From Pirellulales bacterium (lineage in GTDB: Bacteria; Planctomycetota; Planctomycetia; Pirellulales; JAICIG01), in the NCBI GenBank assembly GCA_040901675.1, contig JBBDYJ010000011.1:32001-96000 (forward strand): a DNA stretch of 64,000 bases. Direction: 5' to 3'. The notes below the pieces were generated by a model. The model saw nothing but the letters and a program-made list of their open reading frames with translations. It was not told the DNA's origin and did no database searches. Positions 1 to 9,493 of this stretch are shown here, one piece after another. The position numbers were made by a program, and so were the translations under genes. Position 1 is the stretch's first letter, and each line of letters starts with the position of its first letter.

Positions 1-926
1 GCCCAGACAGGCAGGTGGTCCGAGACGGCGAGCGCCTGGTCGATAGTGAGGTTGAACTCGCGCAATAGATCGAGCACACCGGCGTTCCCGGTGAACTCGG
101 TAGTGGACCGCGCGTCGAAGATGATGTTGTCGTAAAGCTTCGTGCCACGGGTGTTCGTCGGGATGCCGGAGATCGCCCAGGCAATGTAGGGCAACTGCCC
201 CAGCTCGCCCAGGTGGCGATCGTCGGCGTTCAGGTCGCCCAGCAGAATCACGTCGTCCTCCTGGCGGCCGTCGTCGCGAACCGCCCGATACACGTCGTCC
301 AGCATGGCCAGCTCCGTGTGTACCTCGTCCGGGTCGGTGTGGATGTTGACCAAAGTGAACGTGAATGCCCGATCGGCGGGCGGACCGCGGACTCGGAAGG
401 CGGCCACCAGCGGTTCCCGGTGCAACAGATCGTCCGGGTCGTCCACCGTATAGACCGAGTCGCGGTCGCATTCGATGCGGACGCTGTTGTAGATGAAGGC
501 GTATTGCTCCTTGCTCGAAGTGCGGCCCAGCCGCTGACCAATCACGTAATCGTAGCGGCCGCCGCCGGCATTGATCAGTTCGACGAAACGCGGCAGCACA
601 TCCTGTCTCTTGGCCCTGATCTCTTGCACCGCTACCACGTCGAAGCGACGAATCACCTCGACCAGCACTTGGACGGCGGCGGCGTTGGCGAGCTTGCTTT
701 CGCCAAACACCTGGATGTTGAACGAGGCGATGCGGATCGTCTCGCCCGTTCGGTCGACGGGCGGCGACGCCGGGTTCGAGGCAGGCGCCTCGCCGCCCAC
801 CCCGCGACTCGCCGCCGGCACGCGAAGCCCCAAACCGGCCAAGTCCTCGGGACCCGGCTGGCCGGCCAGGTACCACCCGCCGGCCAACAGCGCGAGCGGC
901 ACAATCACGAAAAGTGCTTTGCGCAC
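1..926 (-). CDS. DNase I-like endonuclease/exonuclease/phosphatase (EEP) family protein with N-terminal hydrophobic anchor; runs off the window start
   Basis: Not in the ORF track. Manual translation gives IRIASFNIQVFG, DVVAVQEIR, KEQYAFIY, VNIHT, ILLGDLNAD, YDNI and VSDHLPVW, which are EEP/DNase I motifs. GTG at 926 follows GGAGG; an in-frame ATG at 938 is an alternative start. Confidence 0.85.
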   Translation of the reverse strand, partial: MRKALFVIVPLALLAGGWYLAGQPGPEDLAGLGLRVPAASRGVGGEAPASNPASPPVDRTGETIRIASFNIQVFGESKLANAAAVQVLVEVIRRFDVVAVQEIRAKRQDVLPRFVELINAGGGRYDYVIGQRLGRTSSKEQYAFIYNSVRIECDRDSVYTVDDPDDLLHREPLVAAFRVRGPPADRAFTFTLVNIHTDPDEVHTELAMLDDVYRAVRDDGRQEDDVILLGDLNADDRHLGELGQLPYIAWAISGIPTNTRGTKLYDNIIFDARSTTEFTGNAGVLDLLREFNLTIDQALAVSDHLPVW

Positions 927-1094
927 GGGCCCCTCCATGGGCACGGAATGAACGTGGGGGATCGATACCGCGCCGGCGCACGCGCCGCAGCAGGGCCGCG
1001 TAGGATAATCAAACCAGCCCGCCTCCCCTAGGGCACTTTGGGCTGGAGAGCTGGAGGGGAACGACCAGGCGAGACGAAGAAGGGTTGCCTACTC

Positions 1095-1177
1095 CTGGGG
1101 CACGCTACGACTCGACTGAGCTCGCGACTCGACTGAGCTCGCCGAAGTCCGAAGTCCGCTTTGCCGCCAGGCACCCA
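1095..1177 (-). repeat. REP-like hairpin (family A) interrupted by two nested copies of a 24-nt unit (1108-1155)
   Basis: Removing 1108-1155 and reverse-complementing gives TGGGTGCCTGGCGGCAAAGCGGTAGCGTGCCCCAG, similar to TGGGTGGCTGGGGCAAAGCGATAAGCGTGCCCCAG at 19912. Confidence 0.85.
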
Positions 1178-1246
1178 GCGGCATTGATTCACAGCCTCTG
1201 TGCCGTCGGCTGTCAGCTTTTCAGCCAAACGCCCGCTGGGTACCCA

Positions 1247-1756
1247 TCACCGGCGCGCTTCGCGCACCAGGTGTCCCAGTTCGGGAAGGATCAGCTTCTC
1301 CATGGCCAGATTGACGGCCGCCGGAGAGCCGGGCATCGTGAGAACCACGATCCGCCCGATCAGCCCGCCGATGGCCCTGCTGAGCATGGCCGCCGCACCG
1401 ATCTCCTGGTAGCTCAACATCCGCAGCAACTCACCATAGCCGGGCAGTGGCGTGGTCATCAGGCTGCCCAGCGTTTGAAAGGTCTGGTCGCGGCTGCTGA
1501 TTCCGGTCCCGCCCGTGCAAAGCACCACATCCAGCTCGCCCCGGTTTTCCAGCGAAAACAGCACGGCGCGGAGCCGTTCCGGATCGTCCGGCACGATTTC
1601 GCGGGCCACCACCCGGTGCCCGGCCGCCATCAGGTGATCGACGACAGCCCGGCCGCCTGTATCGGTCTCAGGCGTGCGGGTATCGCTGATCGTAACGACC
1701 GCGCAGGCTAGCGCCCCAGGGGCCGTGGCACGGTGTTCCGCCGCCGACTGGCTCAT
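1247..1756 (-). CDS. moaB: MogA/MoaB family molybdenum cofactor biosynthesis protein
   Basis: VVTISD, DTGG, CTGGTGISSRDQT, PGYGELLR, AMLSRA and MPGSP motifs. Confidence 0.9.
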   Translation of the reverse strand: MSQSAAEHRATAPGALACAVVTISDTRTPETDTGGRAVVDHLMAAGHRVVAREIVPDDPERLRAVLFSLENRGELDVVLCTGGTGISSRDQTFQTLGSLMTTPLPGYGELLRMLSYQEIGAAAMLSRAIGGLIGRIVVLTMPGSPAAVNLAMEKLILPELGHLVREARR

Positions 1757-1915
1757 TGAAAGCCCCGACTCCCTTCTGCCGCCGGGAGACGAAAAAACGA
1801 GGGTTGAATCCGCCGATTCGTTGCCCCTGCCCCTCAGCGGCGCTTATACTAAACACTGCCCGGCCTGTCGAACATTTGTAGACAAAAGTTCACCGTTCCG
1901 CCAGAGGAAGTTGCC

Positions 1916-3130
1916 ATGCGTCTTCGGCCGCTCGCTCTGCTCGCCTGGTGCCTGGGGGCCATCGGCTCGATGGCAGTCGGCGCGCCGGCGCGGGGCGAAG
2001 TGTTCGTGCTCGCCAACGGAGGTCGGGTCGAAGGCGAAATCGTCAATCCAGACGAGTTGCCTCGCGAGAAGTACGTCATCCAGACCGCCACGGGAGGCCG
2101 GCTCACGCTCGACAAGTCCCAGGTCAAGCAGGTGATCCGCCGGCGGCCCGAGGAAGTCGAGTACGAAAAGATCCGTCCTCAATATCCCGACACGATCGAG
2201 GGCCAATTGCAACTGGCCGAATGGTGCCGCGAGCACCAGCTTTTGCAGTTCCGCGAGCAGCATCTGAGGCGGGTCATCGAGCTGGAGCCCGACCACCTCC
2301 CGGCCCGCCGTGCCCTCGGTTATACCCGCTCGGAGGGCGGCGACTGGAAAACCCGCCACGAGATCATGACCGAGCGCGGGTACGTCCAGTACAAGGGGCA
2401 GTGGATCACGCCCGAAGAGCTGGAACTGCGCGAACGCAATCGCAAGAACGAGCTGGCCGAAAAAGAGTGGCACGGCAAAGTCAAGCGCTGGCGGGGGTGG
2501 CTCGAGACCGACAAGGCCGAAGAGGCCCTCCGGCAGTTCGACCAGATCGCCGATCCCTATGCCGTCCAGGCACTGGCCGCCGCCTTGAACGACGAGGCCA
2601 ACGACCAGATTCGCCGGGTTTACGTTCGCTCACTGGCCCGCGTCGGCACGCCCCAGGCCTACCAGGTGCTGATCGTGCAATCGCTCCAAGACGCCGACGA
2701 GGAGGTGCGCTTGACGTGCCTCGACTACATCGACGACGAACCCCGCCCCGCCGCAGTCAAGCACTACATCGCCAAGTTGCGCAGCAAGGACAACGTGGAA
2801 GTGAACCGGGCGGCGGTCGGCCTGGCGCGGCTGAACGACCCGCAGGCCATCAGCGCTTTGATCGACGCGCTGGTAACCACGCACAAGTTCAGAATCCAGA
2901 CCGGGCAGCCGGGCGGCTACAATGCCACCTTCAGCCCCGACGGCGGCGTGAACAGCTTCGGCACCAGCGGCGGGCCCAAGATCATCAGCCGCAAGATCCA
3001 GAATTCCCAGGTCCTGGATGCCCTCGTGCTCTTGACCCAAGGGGTCAACTTCAACTACGACGTCAAGACCTGGAAGAGCTGGTTCGCCGCGCAAAAGAGG
3101 CCGCAGGGGCTGAACGCCCGCCGCGATTGA
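1916..3130 (+). CDS. Secreted HEAT-repeat protein (planctomycete type)
   Basis: Signal peptide, VLANGGRVEGEI N-domain, ARRALGY and HEAT-like repeats (EEVRLTCL, VNRAAVGLARL); GAGG upstream. Confidence 0.75.
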   Translation: MRLRPLALLAWCLGAIGSMAVGAPARGEVFVLANGGRVEGEIVNPDELPREKYVIQTATGGRLTLDKSQVKQVIRRRPEEVEYEKIRPQYPDTIEGQLQLAEWCREHQLLQFREQHLRRVIELEPDHLPARRALGYTRSEGGDWKTRHEIMTERGYVQYKGQWITPEELELRERNRKNELAEKEWHGKVKRWRGWLETDKAEEALRQFDQIADPYAVQALAAALNDEANDQIRRVYVRSLARVGTPQAYQVLIVQSLQDADEEVRLTCLDYIDDEPRPAAVKHYIAKLRSKDNVEVNRAAVGLARLNDPQAISALIDALVTTHKFRIQTGQPGGYNATFSPDGGVNSFGTSGGPKIISRKIQNSQVLDALVLLTQGVNFNYDVKTWKSWFAAQKRPQGLNARRD

Positions 3131-3135
3131 TTGCC

Positions 3136-3513
3136 GTGGACAGGCCAACCGTCGCCATTCTTGGCGCCAGCCACGATCGAACCAAGTTCGGCAACAAGTC
3201 GCTGCGCGCTCATCTGGCGAAAGGCTACGACGTGTACCCGGTCAACCCCAAAGGCGGCCGGATCGAGGGCCTGACGGTCTACGAAGACCTGTTGCGGGTG
3301 CCGGTCGAACACCTGGACCGGATCAGCATGTATCTGCCGCCCCACCTCGGCCTGACGGTGTTGGGTCAGGTTGCCAAAAAGGGTTGCGGCCAACTCTGGT
3401 TGAACCCCGGCGCGTCCAGCCCCGAGCTGGTCCAGCGGGCGCGGGCGCTGGGGATCAACATCGTCGAGGCGTGCAGCATCGTCGACTTGGGAATCAACCC
3501 GGCCAGCCTCTGA
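3136..3513 (+). CDS. CoA-binding protein (YccU-like)
   Basis: C-terminal part of ORF 1948..3513: VAILGAS, YPVNPKG, LWLNPG. GTG at 3136 lies just after the upstream stop. Confidence 0.85.
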   Translation: MDRPTVAILGASHDRTKFGNKSLRAHLAKGYDVYPVNPKGGRIEGLTVYEDLLRVPVEHLDRISMYLPPHLGLTVLGQVAKKGCGQLWLNPGASSPELVQRARALGINIVEACSIVDLGINPASL

Positions 3514-3548
3514 AGCACCTTCCTCTGAAGCCGTCCACCCGCCTCACC

Positions 3549-4874
3549 TCAGGCGGCCCGGTTTCGAAGCGTGGTCCGCCGCCGCGCAAACCAGCTTTCG
3601 CCCAGCGTCGCCAAGGCCACCCGGTCTTCCAGGTTCGGCCGGAACACGGTCAACAGCAACAGCGGCAGGTACCAGGCAATTTGGACCCCGCCGCCTGGCA
3701 CGTTCCAATACTGAGTGCCCAACATGACCACCGCCGAACAGCTCAACAGCGTGCCCAGGTTCTTGGGCGTCGGCCAGAGGGCAAAACTCGCGCACAGCGC
3801 TACGAACGCCGTGATCACCGGGATGCGGTAGGCGGCGGCCGCTTCATGGAAGAACCAGAAGCCCTTGTCGGCGGGCGACGAAAAGATGGTCCAGCCCGAC
3901 ATCAGGCCCATCTGGGTCCAGAACTGTTGCAGGCTGCTCGATGTCAGCCCAAGAGCCGCGACCAACACCGCCAGCATCGACAGGAACCCCACGCTGAACC
4001 GCATCAGCCCGCGCTGCCAATAAAAAGCAATCCACAGGGGCAGCAGGAAGCAGGGATAGTAGACGGCGCCCGTGGCCAGCCCCAATAGCATGCCAGATAT
4101 CAAAGGCTTTCGGTAGGCCGCCACAGCCCACACGAGCAAGGCGGCCGGCAGCACGTGATCGACACGGCCGGTCATTTGCGCCGTATACGGCAACAGCAGA
4201 TAAAGCGTCGCCGCGGCGATTCCCGTGCGGATGTTGTCGTAGTGCCAGACTCCGATCATCACCATGCCGATTACGACCGCCAGGTGCGAGAGGATCGCCA
4301 TCGTCCGCGCCGTGGCCGCATGGATCATGTACCGCCCGTCGTCCTCGGAAACCGCGGGATCCTTGGGAACCATGGGCTGCGTCGTGATGCTGGGGATCAG
4401 GAACAACAGCGGATAGCCGGGCCCGTGCCAGGCCAGGCTCTTGTCGTCGGGATCCGCCTCGGTCCGCGACAGCATGGCGGCCAGCCGCCGGGGGCCTTCC
4501 AGATCGTCCTCGGTCGGAATCTTGGTGATGACGTTGACCATCAGGAACACCAACAGCGAGGCCGCTATAAATGTCAATCCGCCCGTGGACAGGTTCGGTT
4601 CCAGGAGAGGGCGCCGCACCATGCGAGGATCGATCAACAGCCGCAGGAGGAACACGCCGCCCACCGCAAACAGCCAGACATACCCCCAGTATTCGACCTG
4701 GCCGCCATGGTCGATCAACAGCAGTCCGGGGGCCAGCGCGACCAGCGTCAACAGGTCGAAGTTCCGCATGCTCCACAGGCGGCTGAACTTGAAGTAGATG
4801 GCGATCGTCAGCAGGCTGGAAAGGTAGACCCAGGTGGTCAGGGTCATGTGGTATTTGTAGAGGAACTGATCCAT
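3549..4874 (-). CDS. Polytopic membrane protein, possibly GT-C fold glycosyltransferase-like
   Basis: Many hydrophobic segments (GYPLLFL, LYLLLP, GLATG..YYPCFLLP); start MDQFLY. Function is tentative. Confidence 0.6.
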   Translation of the reverse strand: MDQFLYKYHMTLTTWVYLSSLLTIAIYFKFSRLWSMRNFDLLTLVALAPGLLLIDHGGQVEYWGYVWLFAVGGVFLLRLLIDPRMVRRPLLEPNLSTGGLTFIAASLLVFLMVNVITKIPTEDDLEGPRRLAAMLSRTEADPDDKSLAWHGPGYPLLFLIPSITTQPMVPKDPAVSEDDGRYMIHAATARTMAILSHLAVVIGMVMIGVWHYDNIRTGIAAATLYLLLPYTAQMTGRVDHVLPAALLVWAVAAYRKPLISGMLLGLATGAVYYPCFLLPLWIAFYWQRGLMRFSVGFLSMLAVLVAALGLTSSSLQQFWTQMGLMSGWTIFSSPADKGFWFFHEAAAAYRIPVITAFVALCASFALWPTPKNLGTLLSCSAVVMLGTQYWNVPGGGVQIAWYLPLLLLTVFRPNLEDRVALATLGESWFARRRTTLRNRAA

Positions 4875-5203
4875 GTTTTCTCGATCCCCCTGACCCGCCA
4901 GCCTGGGCGGCAAACTTGCTCGCGCCTCAGACAAACTCCCACCGACCCCCCGGCGGGCCGAGCCGACCCGATCGGTCGCCTGGCGATTTCGCTAATCCGG
5001 CATGAGTTGAACATACGAGTTTCGAGCAGTTTTGCAAGCTTTCCGTCTTTGCTTTGTTTGCGGCGGCGGCCTATAAATGCCTGGGCTGGCGGCCTTTGCG
5101 CCTGGCCGCCCCACCAACCCGACGCGGGTCTCGGCGGGCTCGACCCGCCCCGAGCCCGTCGAGGGGCGCCAGCGAGGCACCGGGCACAGCGAGGCACACC
5201 AAA

Positions 5204-5692
5204 ATGGGGACCGACCAGGTGGCCGATAACGTGCTGCGGCGGCTCGAGCAGCGGCTGGCGGATGCCGGCGTGCCGTTCGATGTCGTCCGGCACGAGCCGG
5301 TCTATACCAGCCAGCAGGCCGCCGCCGTCCGCGGCACTTCGCTATCGAGTGGCGCCAAGGCGCTGGTCTGCAAGGCCGACGATAATCTCTACTTATTCGT
5401 GCTGCCGGCCGACCGCAAGCTGGCCAGCAAGCAGGTCCGCCGGCGGCACGGCTGGAAGAGTCTGCGTTTTGCCAACCCGGAGGAGGTCGAGCGGATCACC
5501 GGCCTGGCGCCCGGCTCGATCCCTCCGTTCGGCAGCCTGTTTGGCCTGCCGACCTATTGCGACCGGCTGCTGGCCGACGAGCGTACCGTGAACTTCAACG
5601 CGGGCGACCACTCGGTTTCGATCAGCATGTCGGTCCAGGACTATCTTGCGGTCGAATCGCCCGAACTCACCACGCTCACCGAGGCAACTTGA
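5204..5692 (+). CDS. YbaK/ProX family aminoacyl-tRNA deacylase (trans-editing)
   Basis: HEPVYTS, GAKALV, GSIPPFG and FNAGDH motifs. Confidence 0.88.
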   Translation: MGTDQVADNVLRRLEQRLADAGVPFDVVRHEPVYTSQQAAAVRGTSLSSGAKALVCKADDNLYLFVLPADRKLASKQVRRRHGWKSLRFANPEEVERITGLAPGSIPPFGSLFGLPTYCDRLLADERTVNFNAGDHSVSISMSVQDYLAVESPELTTLTEAT

Positions 5693-6495
5693 TGACCACT
5701 CGATTCGCTGCCGTGGCGGCATTTTTGCTGGCTGCGCACTTCTGCCCGGATCAGCCGCACGCGGACGAATCGCTGCAGGTTTCCGGCCCGGCCCCTCCGG
5801 GCGTCTCGGGCACCTTCTCGATAGTGGCCGTCGATCCGGCAACGGGCGTCTGCGGCGCCGCGGTGGCCAGCAAGTACCCGGCCGTCGGCCGCGTCGTGCC
5901 TTACGTGCGGCCCGGCGTCGGCGCGTTCTGCACTCAGCACTGGCACGAGCCGGCCTGGGGCGAGCGGGCGCTCGACCTGTTGGCCGCGGGTCGGCACTCG
6001 GAAGACGTGCTGGCGGAGCTGCTGCGAAACGATCCGCGCCGCGACAAGCGGCAGTTGGCCATCATCGACATGGCGGGACGGGCGGCCAACCGCAACCCGG
6101 CAGGCGCGGACAAAGACGGCCTTTACTGGGGGGCCATGAGCGGCCGCTACTATGCCTGCCAGGGCAACACGCTGGCGGGCCGCCAGGTGATTACCGCCAT
6201 GGCGCAGGCCTATGAGGAGACCTCCGGCAGCCTGGCCGACCGCTTGATGGCTGCCCTGGTTGCGGCCGATCTGGCTGGCGGCGACCACCGCGGGCGGCTG
6301 GCCGCCGGCATTCGCGTGGCGAAGCAAGGCGTGGAGGGGCACTGGCTGGAGTTGTACGTGGACGAGAGCGGCGACGCGGTGATCGACCTGGCCCGCCGCT
6401 ACGCCGAGTTGAAGCACGAGGCGAAAGGCGCTTGGCGTGGCGGGCAGCTCCCCTTTTCAAATCCCCGCGAACAAAAGGCCAAAGCCAAGCAGTAG
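5692..6495 (+). CDS. DUF1028 family Ntn-hydrolase-like protein, secreted
   Basis: Signal peptide followed by TFSIVAVD..GAAVASK, QGNTL and GGDHRG; TGATG coupling with the upstream gene. Confidence 0.85.
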   Translation: MTTRFAAVAAFLLAAHFCPDQPHADESLQVSGPAPPGVSGTFSIVAVDPATGVCGAAVASKYPAVGRVVPYVRPGVGAFCTQHWHEPAWGERALDLLAAGRHSEDVLAELLRNDPRRDKRQLAIIDMAGRAANRNPAGADKDGLYWGAMSGRYYACQGNTLAGRQVITAMAQAYEETSGSLADRLMAALVAADLAGGDHRGRLAAGIRVAKQGVEGHWLELYVDESGDAVIDLARRYAELKHEAKGAWRGGQLPFSNPREQKAKAKQ

Positions 6496-6583
6496 GAGCC
6501 CAGCAATAGGAGCCGCGGGCGGCGCGGATGGCCTTCGCTCCAAAGAGCAACTTGCGGCCGGCCTGCGGGTCTTCTGGTTCACC

Positions 6584-7000
6584 ATGCACTATCGGTTCGC
6601 CACTGCCGCCGACGTCTCCTTGCTCGCCGCGATGAACCGGCAACTGATCCAGGACGAGGGGCATCGCAATCGCATGTCGCCGGCGGAGCTGGAGCAGCGG
6701 ATGAACGGCTGGCTGAAGGAGGAATACGAGGCGGTGTTGTTCGAGAACGATGGTCGAGCAGTCGGCTACGCGCTGTACAAGCGAGAGACCGACCGCGTCT
6801 ATCTGCGGCAGTTCTTCGTCGAGGCGGATCAACGCCGCAAGGGGATCGGCAGCGCGGCAGTCGCCTGGTTGTTGTCGAACGCCTGGCGCCAGTCGCTGCG
6901 GATCCAGCTCGATGTCCTGGTGGGCAATTCGGCAGGCATCGCGTTCTGGAGGTCGCTCGGTTTTGCCGACTACTGCACGAGGATGGAGCTGGTCCGGTAG
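6584..7000 (+). CDS. GNAT family N-acetyltransferase
   Basis: FFV..QRRKGIG motif A and N.AGIAFWRSLGF motif B. Confidence 0.88.
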   Translation: MHYRFATAADVSLLAAMNRQLIQDEGHRNRMSPAELEQRMNGWLKEEYEAVLFENDGRAVGYALYKRETDRVYLRQFFVEADQRRKGIGSAAVAWLLSNAWRQSLRIQLDVLVGNSAGIAFWRSLGFADYCTRMELVR

Positions 7001-7015
7001 TCCAGGGGGCCGTTT

Positions 7016-7759
7016 CTATTCCGCCGGTGTTTCGGCGGGGCTTGGCGGCGACGTGCCGTCCACGTCGCGGACGGCGTTCTTGACGCAATCGGGAAGTTCA
7101 GCCAAGGCAGAGTCGGCCACGTCGAGGCTGCCTCTCAACCGCTGGGATTTGACTTGCGTTGATCCGCCGGTCCCCGCCAGGTGGGTCCCTAGCTTGAGCA
7201 CGTCGAACAACAGGGCCCACTTGAGCTTCTCCAGATCGTTCTCCCAGCGGCGCAGCTCGGTGATTTGAGCCGGCGCTAGATGGGGCCGGGCACGGTCGCG
7301 GAAGGCCCGCAAAAACGAAAGGGCCACGTGGACTCGCCGCACGTAGGCAACGGCCTGCGAGTCGCTCAGGCCCGCCTGCCTGGGGTTCTTGGCCACGCGG
7401 TCGGCAGCCAGCGACCAGTAGTGGCTCCGCATGCCGTCGGACAGCACTTCGATGTAGGCCGGCAGCTCGTAGTTGCTGGGCCTCGCCAGGGAGAAGGGAT
7501 CTTCCTCATCGGTGAAGCCGGCGGCCATGGCCCCCAGCTCCACCCGGGCCAGTGCCATGACCCACGCCAGGCCACGGCGCACAAAATCGTCCCCCGCGTG
7601 GGAGCCTTGCTCGCTCAGCAGGCTGGGCTTGCGCTGGAGATTGCGCGCCACGTTGGTCTCGACGGCCAGCTCCGGGCGCGCGGCGATGATCTCTTCCACC
7701 ACGCGCAGCTCTTCCGGCGAAATCGCGTCCAATAGCCTGTCGAGTTGCGAGAGGGCCAT
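7016..7759 (-). CDS. Hypothetical protein
   Basis: 247-aa ORF with genome-typical codon usage; no family recognised. Confidence 0.6.
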   Translation of the reverse strand: MALSQLDRLLDAISPEELRVVEEIIAARPELAVETNVARNLQRKPSLLSEQGSHAGDDFVRRGLAWVMALARVELGAMAAGFTDEEDPFSLARPSNYELPAYIEVLSDGMRSHYWSLAADRVAKNPRQAGLSDSQAVAYVRRVHVALSFLRAFRDRARPHLAPAQITELRRWENDLEKLKWALLFDVLKLGTHLAGTGGSTQVKSQRLRGSLDVADSALAELPDCVKNAVRDVDGTSPPSPAETPAE

Positions 7760-7888
7760 CCCGTACTCGAGGTAGCCAACCAGCCGGTAGACCGAATCTT
7801 TCTTGGCCGGCTCGAGGCGGCGAGTCAGGTAGGTCTGGGTTCGCGTCTCGGTGGTGAGTGAAGCGACCGCTTCGATGTGCGGCCTGCC

Positions 7889-9121
7889 TCACCAGAAGAA
7901 CCCGTTCTGGCACCAGTCCTTGAAATCACGAGCGGTCTGGCTGTTGCTGGAGGTCGAAGATTGCACGCGGCGGTCTTCCCAGGCCCACCATTGGTGATGG
8001 CGCCGGTCGTAGTACATGGAGGCTGGTTGCCCCGACGAGCTTTTTTTCGCCATGGTGGTCTTCAGTCCCGGCTTGGGCAGCTCGGCCGGCATCAGCAGGG
8101 GAAACATGGCCTGGGGCGACTTCAAGGCCGCTTGCGCCTTGGCCAACCCCCACACGTCGGGACCGGCTCCGTACCGTCCGCGGAGCCACCAATGCAGACC
8201 CTCGGCCAGCCAGGTGGCCTTGAGCGTGAGATCGCCGGCCAGCTCGCGGCAGCGATCGGCATCGGCGGCGACGCGCTGGGCCAAATCGGGAGCATTCAGC
8301 GCGTCGCGGGTAAAAGGCTGGGGCGTGCCCTTCTGGCGCTTGCGGTTTTCCAGGGCCAGCAGGATCTGGTTCGAATCGCGCTTCCAGGCATAAGCAGCTT
8401 GAAAACGATCCTTGGTGAGATTGGCGTCCTCCAACACCTTCTTGGCAAGCGCCAGGCGGGCCAGGCGTATTTCCAATTCGCGTTCGGCCAGCTCGGCGAC
8501 CGCCTGGTCGAACTTCGCCGCATCCTGGGTATAGTCGCGATCGAGCACCTCGCGCTGCTGCTCGTCGAGCCTGGCGCGCCCGGAGCGCGGCACCGATCGG
8601 GCTAGTTGAGCGGTGTACTCGGCTAGCCGCTTGCCCGCCTGCAGCCGGTTGACGTCGACGTGCATGCTCCAGAGCAGCGTCTCGTAATACTCCAGGGCAC
8701 CCTCGGCGGGTGGATCCGCAATAGGGCCTCCTGCCGTTCGGGCGGCCAGGGTTTCGATCACCTGCTGTTGCAGCTCGGGCAGGATCAGAATCAGCTCGCG
8801 GGCGGAAAGCTTGGGCAGATCCTTTTCAAACCCTTGCTGCGCCATGGCCAGCCGCGCGTCGCTGAGAATGCTGGCCACCGGAGGCAGGCCTCGCTCGGAA
8901 AGCGCGTGATCGAACTGCTCCAGCCGGGCGTCGTTCAACTTACCCAGCAGCGGCGACAAGATCAGGACTGCAGAGCGGGCATCGCCGCGGAAGTAGGCGT
9001 CCGTGATCTGCCCGACCGCCTGCAGGTGCCTCTTGCTCAGCGGAACATTGGGGGCTGCCCACACTGCGGCCGCCTGTCCGTAGGCCGCCAATAAAACCAC
9101 GAGGAGACTCGCGCGTCGCAT
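7889..9121 (-). CDS. Secreted hypothetical alpha-helical protein
   Basis: MRRASLLVVLLAA..AVWA signal peptide; AGGAG upstream; no family recognised. Confidence 0.65.
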   Translation of the reverse strand: MRRASLLVVLLAAYGQAAAVWAAPNVPLSKRHLQAVGQITDAYFRGDARSAVLILSPLLGKLNDARLEQFDHALSERGLPPVASILSDARLAMAQQGFEKDLPKLSARELILILPELQQQVIETLAARTAGGPIADPPAEGALEYYETLLWSMHVDVNRLQAGKRLAEYTAQLARSVPRSGRARLDEQQREVLDRDYTQDAAKFDQAVAELAERELEIRLARLALAKKVLEDANLTKDRFQAAYAWKRDSNQILLALENRKRQKGTPQPFTRDALNAPDLAQRVAADADRCRELAGDLTLKATWLAEGLHWWLRGRYGAGPDVWGLAKAQAALKSPQAMFPLLMPAELPKPGLKTTMAKKSSSGQPASMYYDRRHHQWWAWEDRRVQSSTSSNSQTARDFKDWCQNGFFW

Positions 9122-9378
9122 TTGCCTGGCTCCTGAGGGAATGGATCCGGCCAGTTGGAAGCGGTGGTGGGGCTGAAGTTGGAGCACTTTTCGCGCCGAG
9201 GCACTGTTTACCGATGCGCTGGCGTTCGCGCCGGGGTTTCGCGCTTTGCAGGCGCTCCAGGGGCGAACGCGGAAGCATCCAACGCGCCCTCAAACGGATG
9301 TCATCTGAATCAAATTGACGTTTTCAGGCTTGTAAGTGGGACGACTGCGCCCAGTGGCCCCAGTTTTTTCCCTGGAGA

Positions 9379-9465
9379 TTGACAGGCCGGCCCGCAGCCA
9401 TTATTTTGACATAGCAAAATATGTATTTTGACTATAGAAAACTGAGTGCATAAGTCTGTCAAAAA
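9379..9465 (+). promoter_or_regulatory. AT-rich promoter/operator region upstream of the DUF1559 gene
   Basis: TTGACA(9379)-17 nt-TATTTT(9402); TATTTTGAC direct repeat at 9402 and 9424; inverted TGTCAAAA at 9457. Confidence 0.5.
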
Positions 9466-9493
9466 CGTCGGCCCTTTCAAAAGGAGGTCTCAG

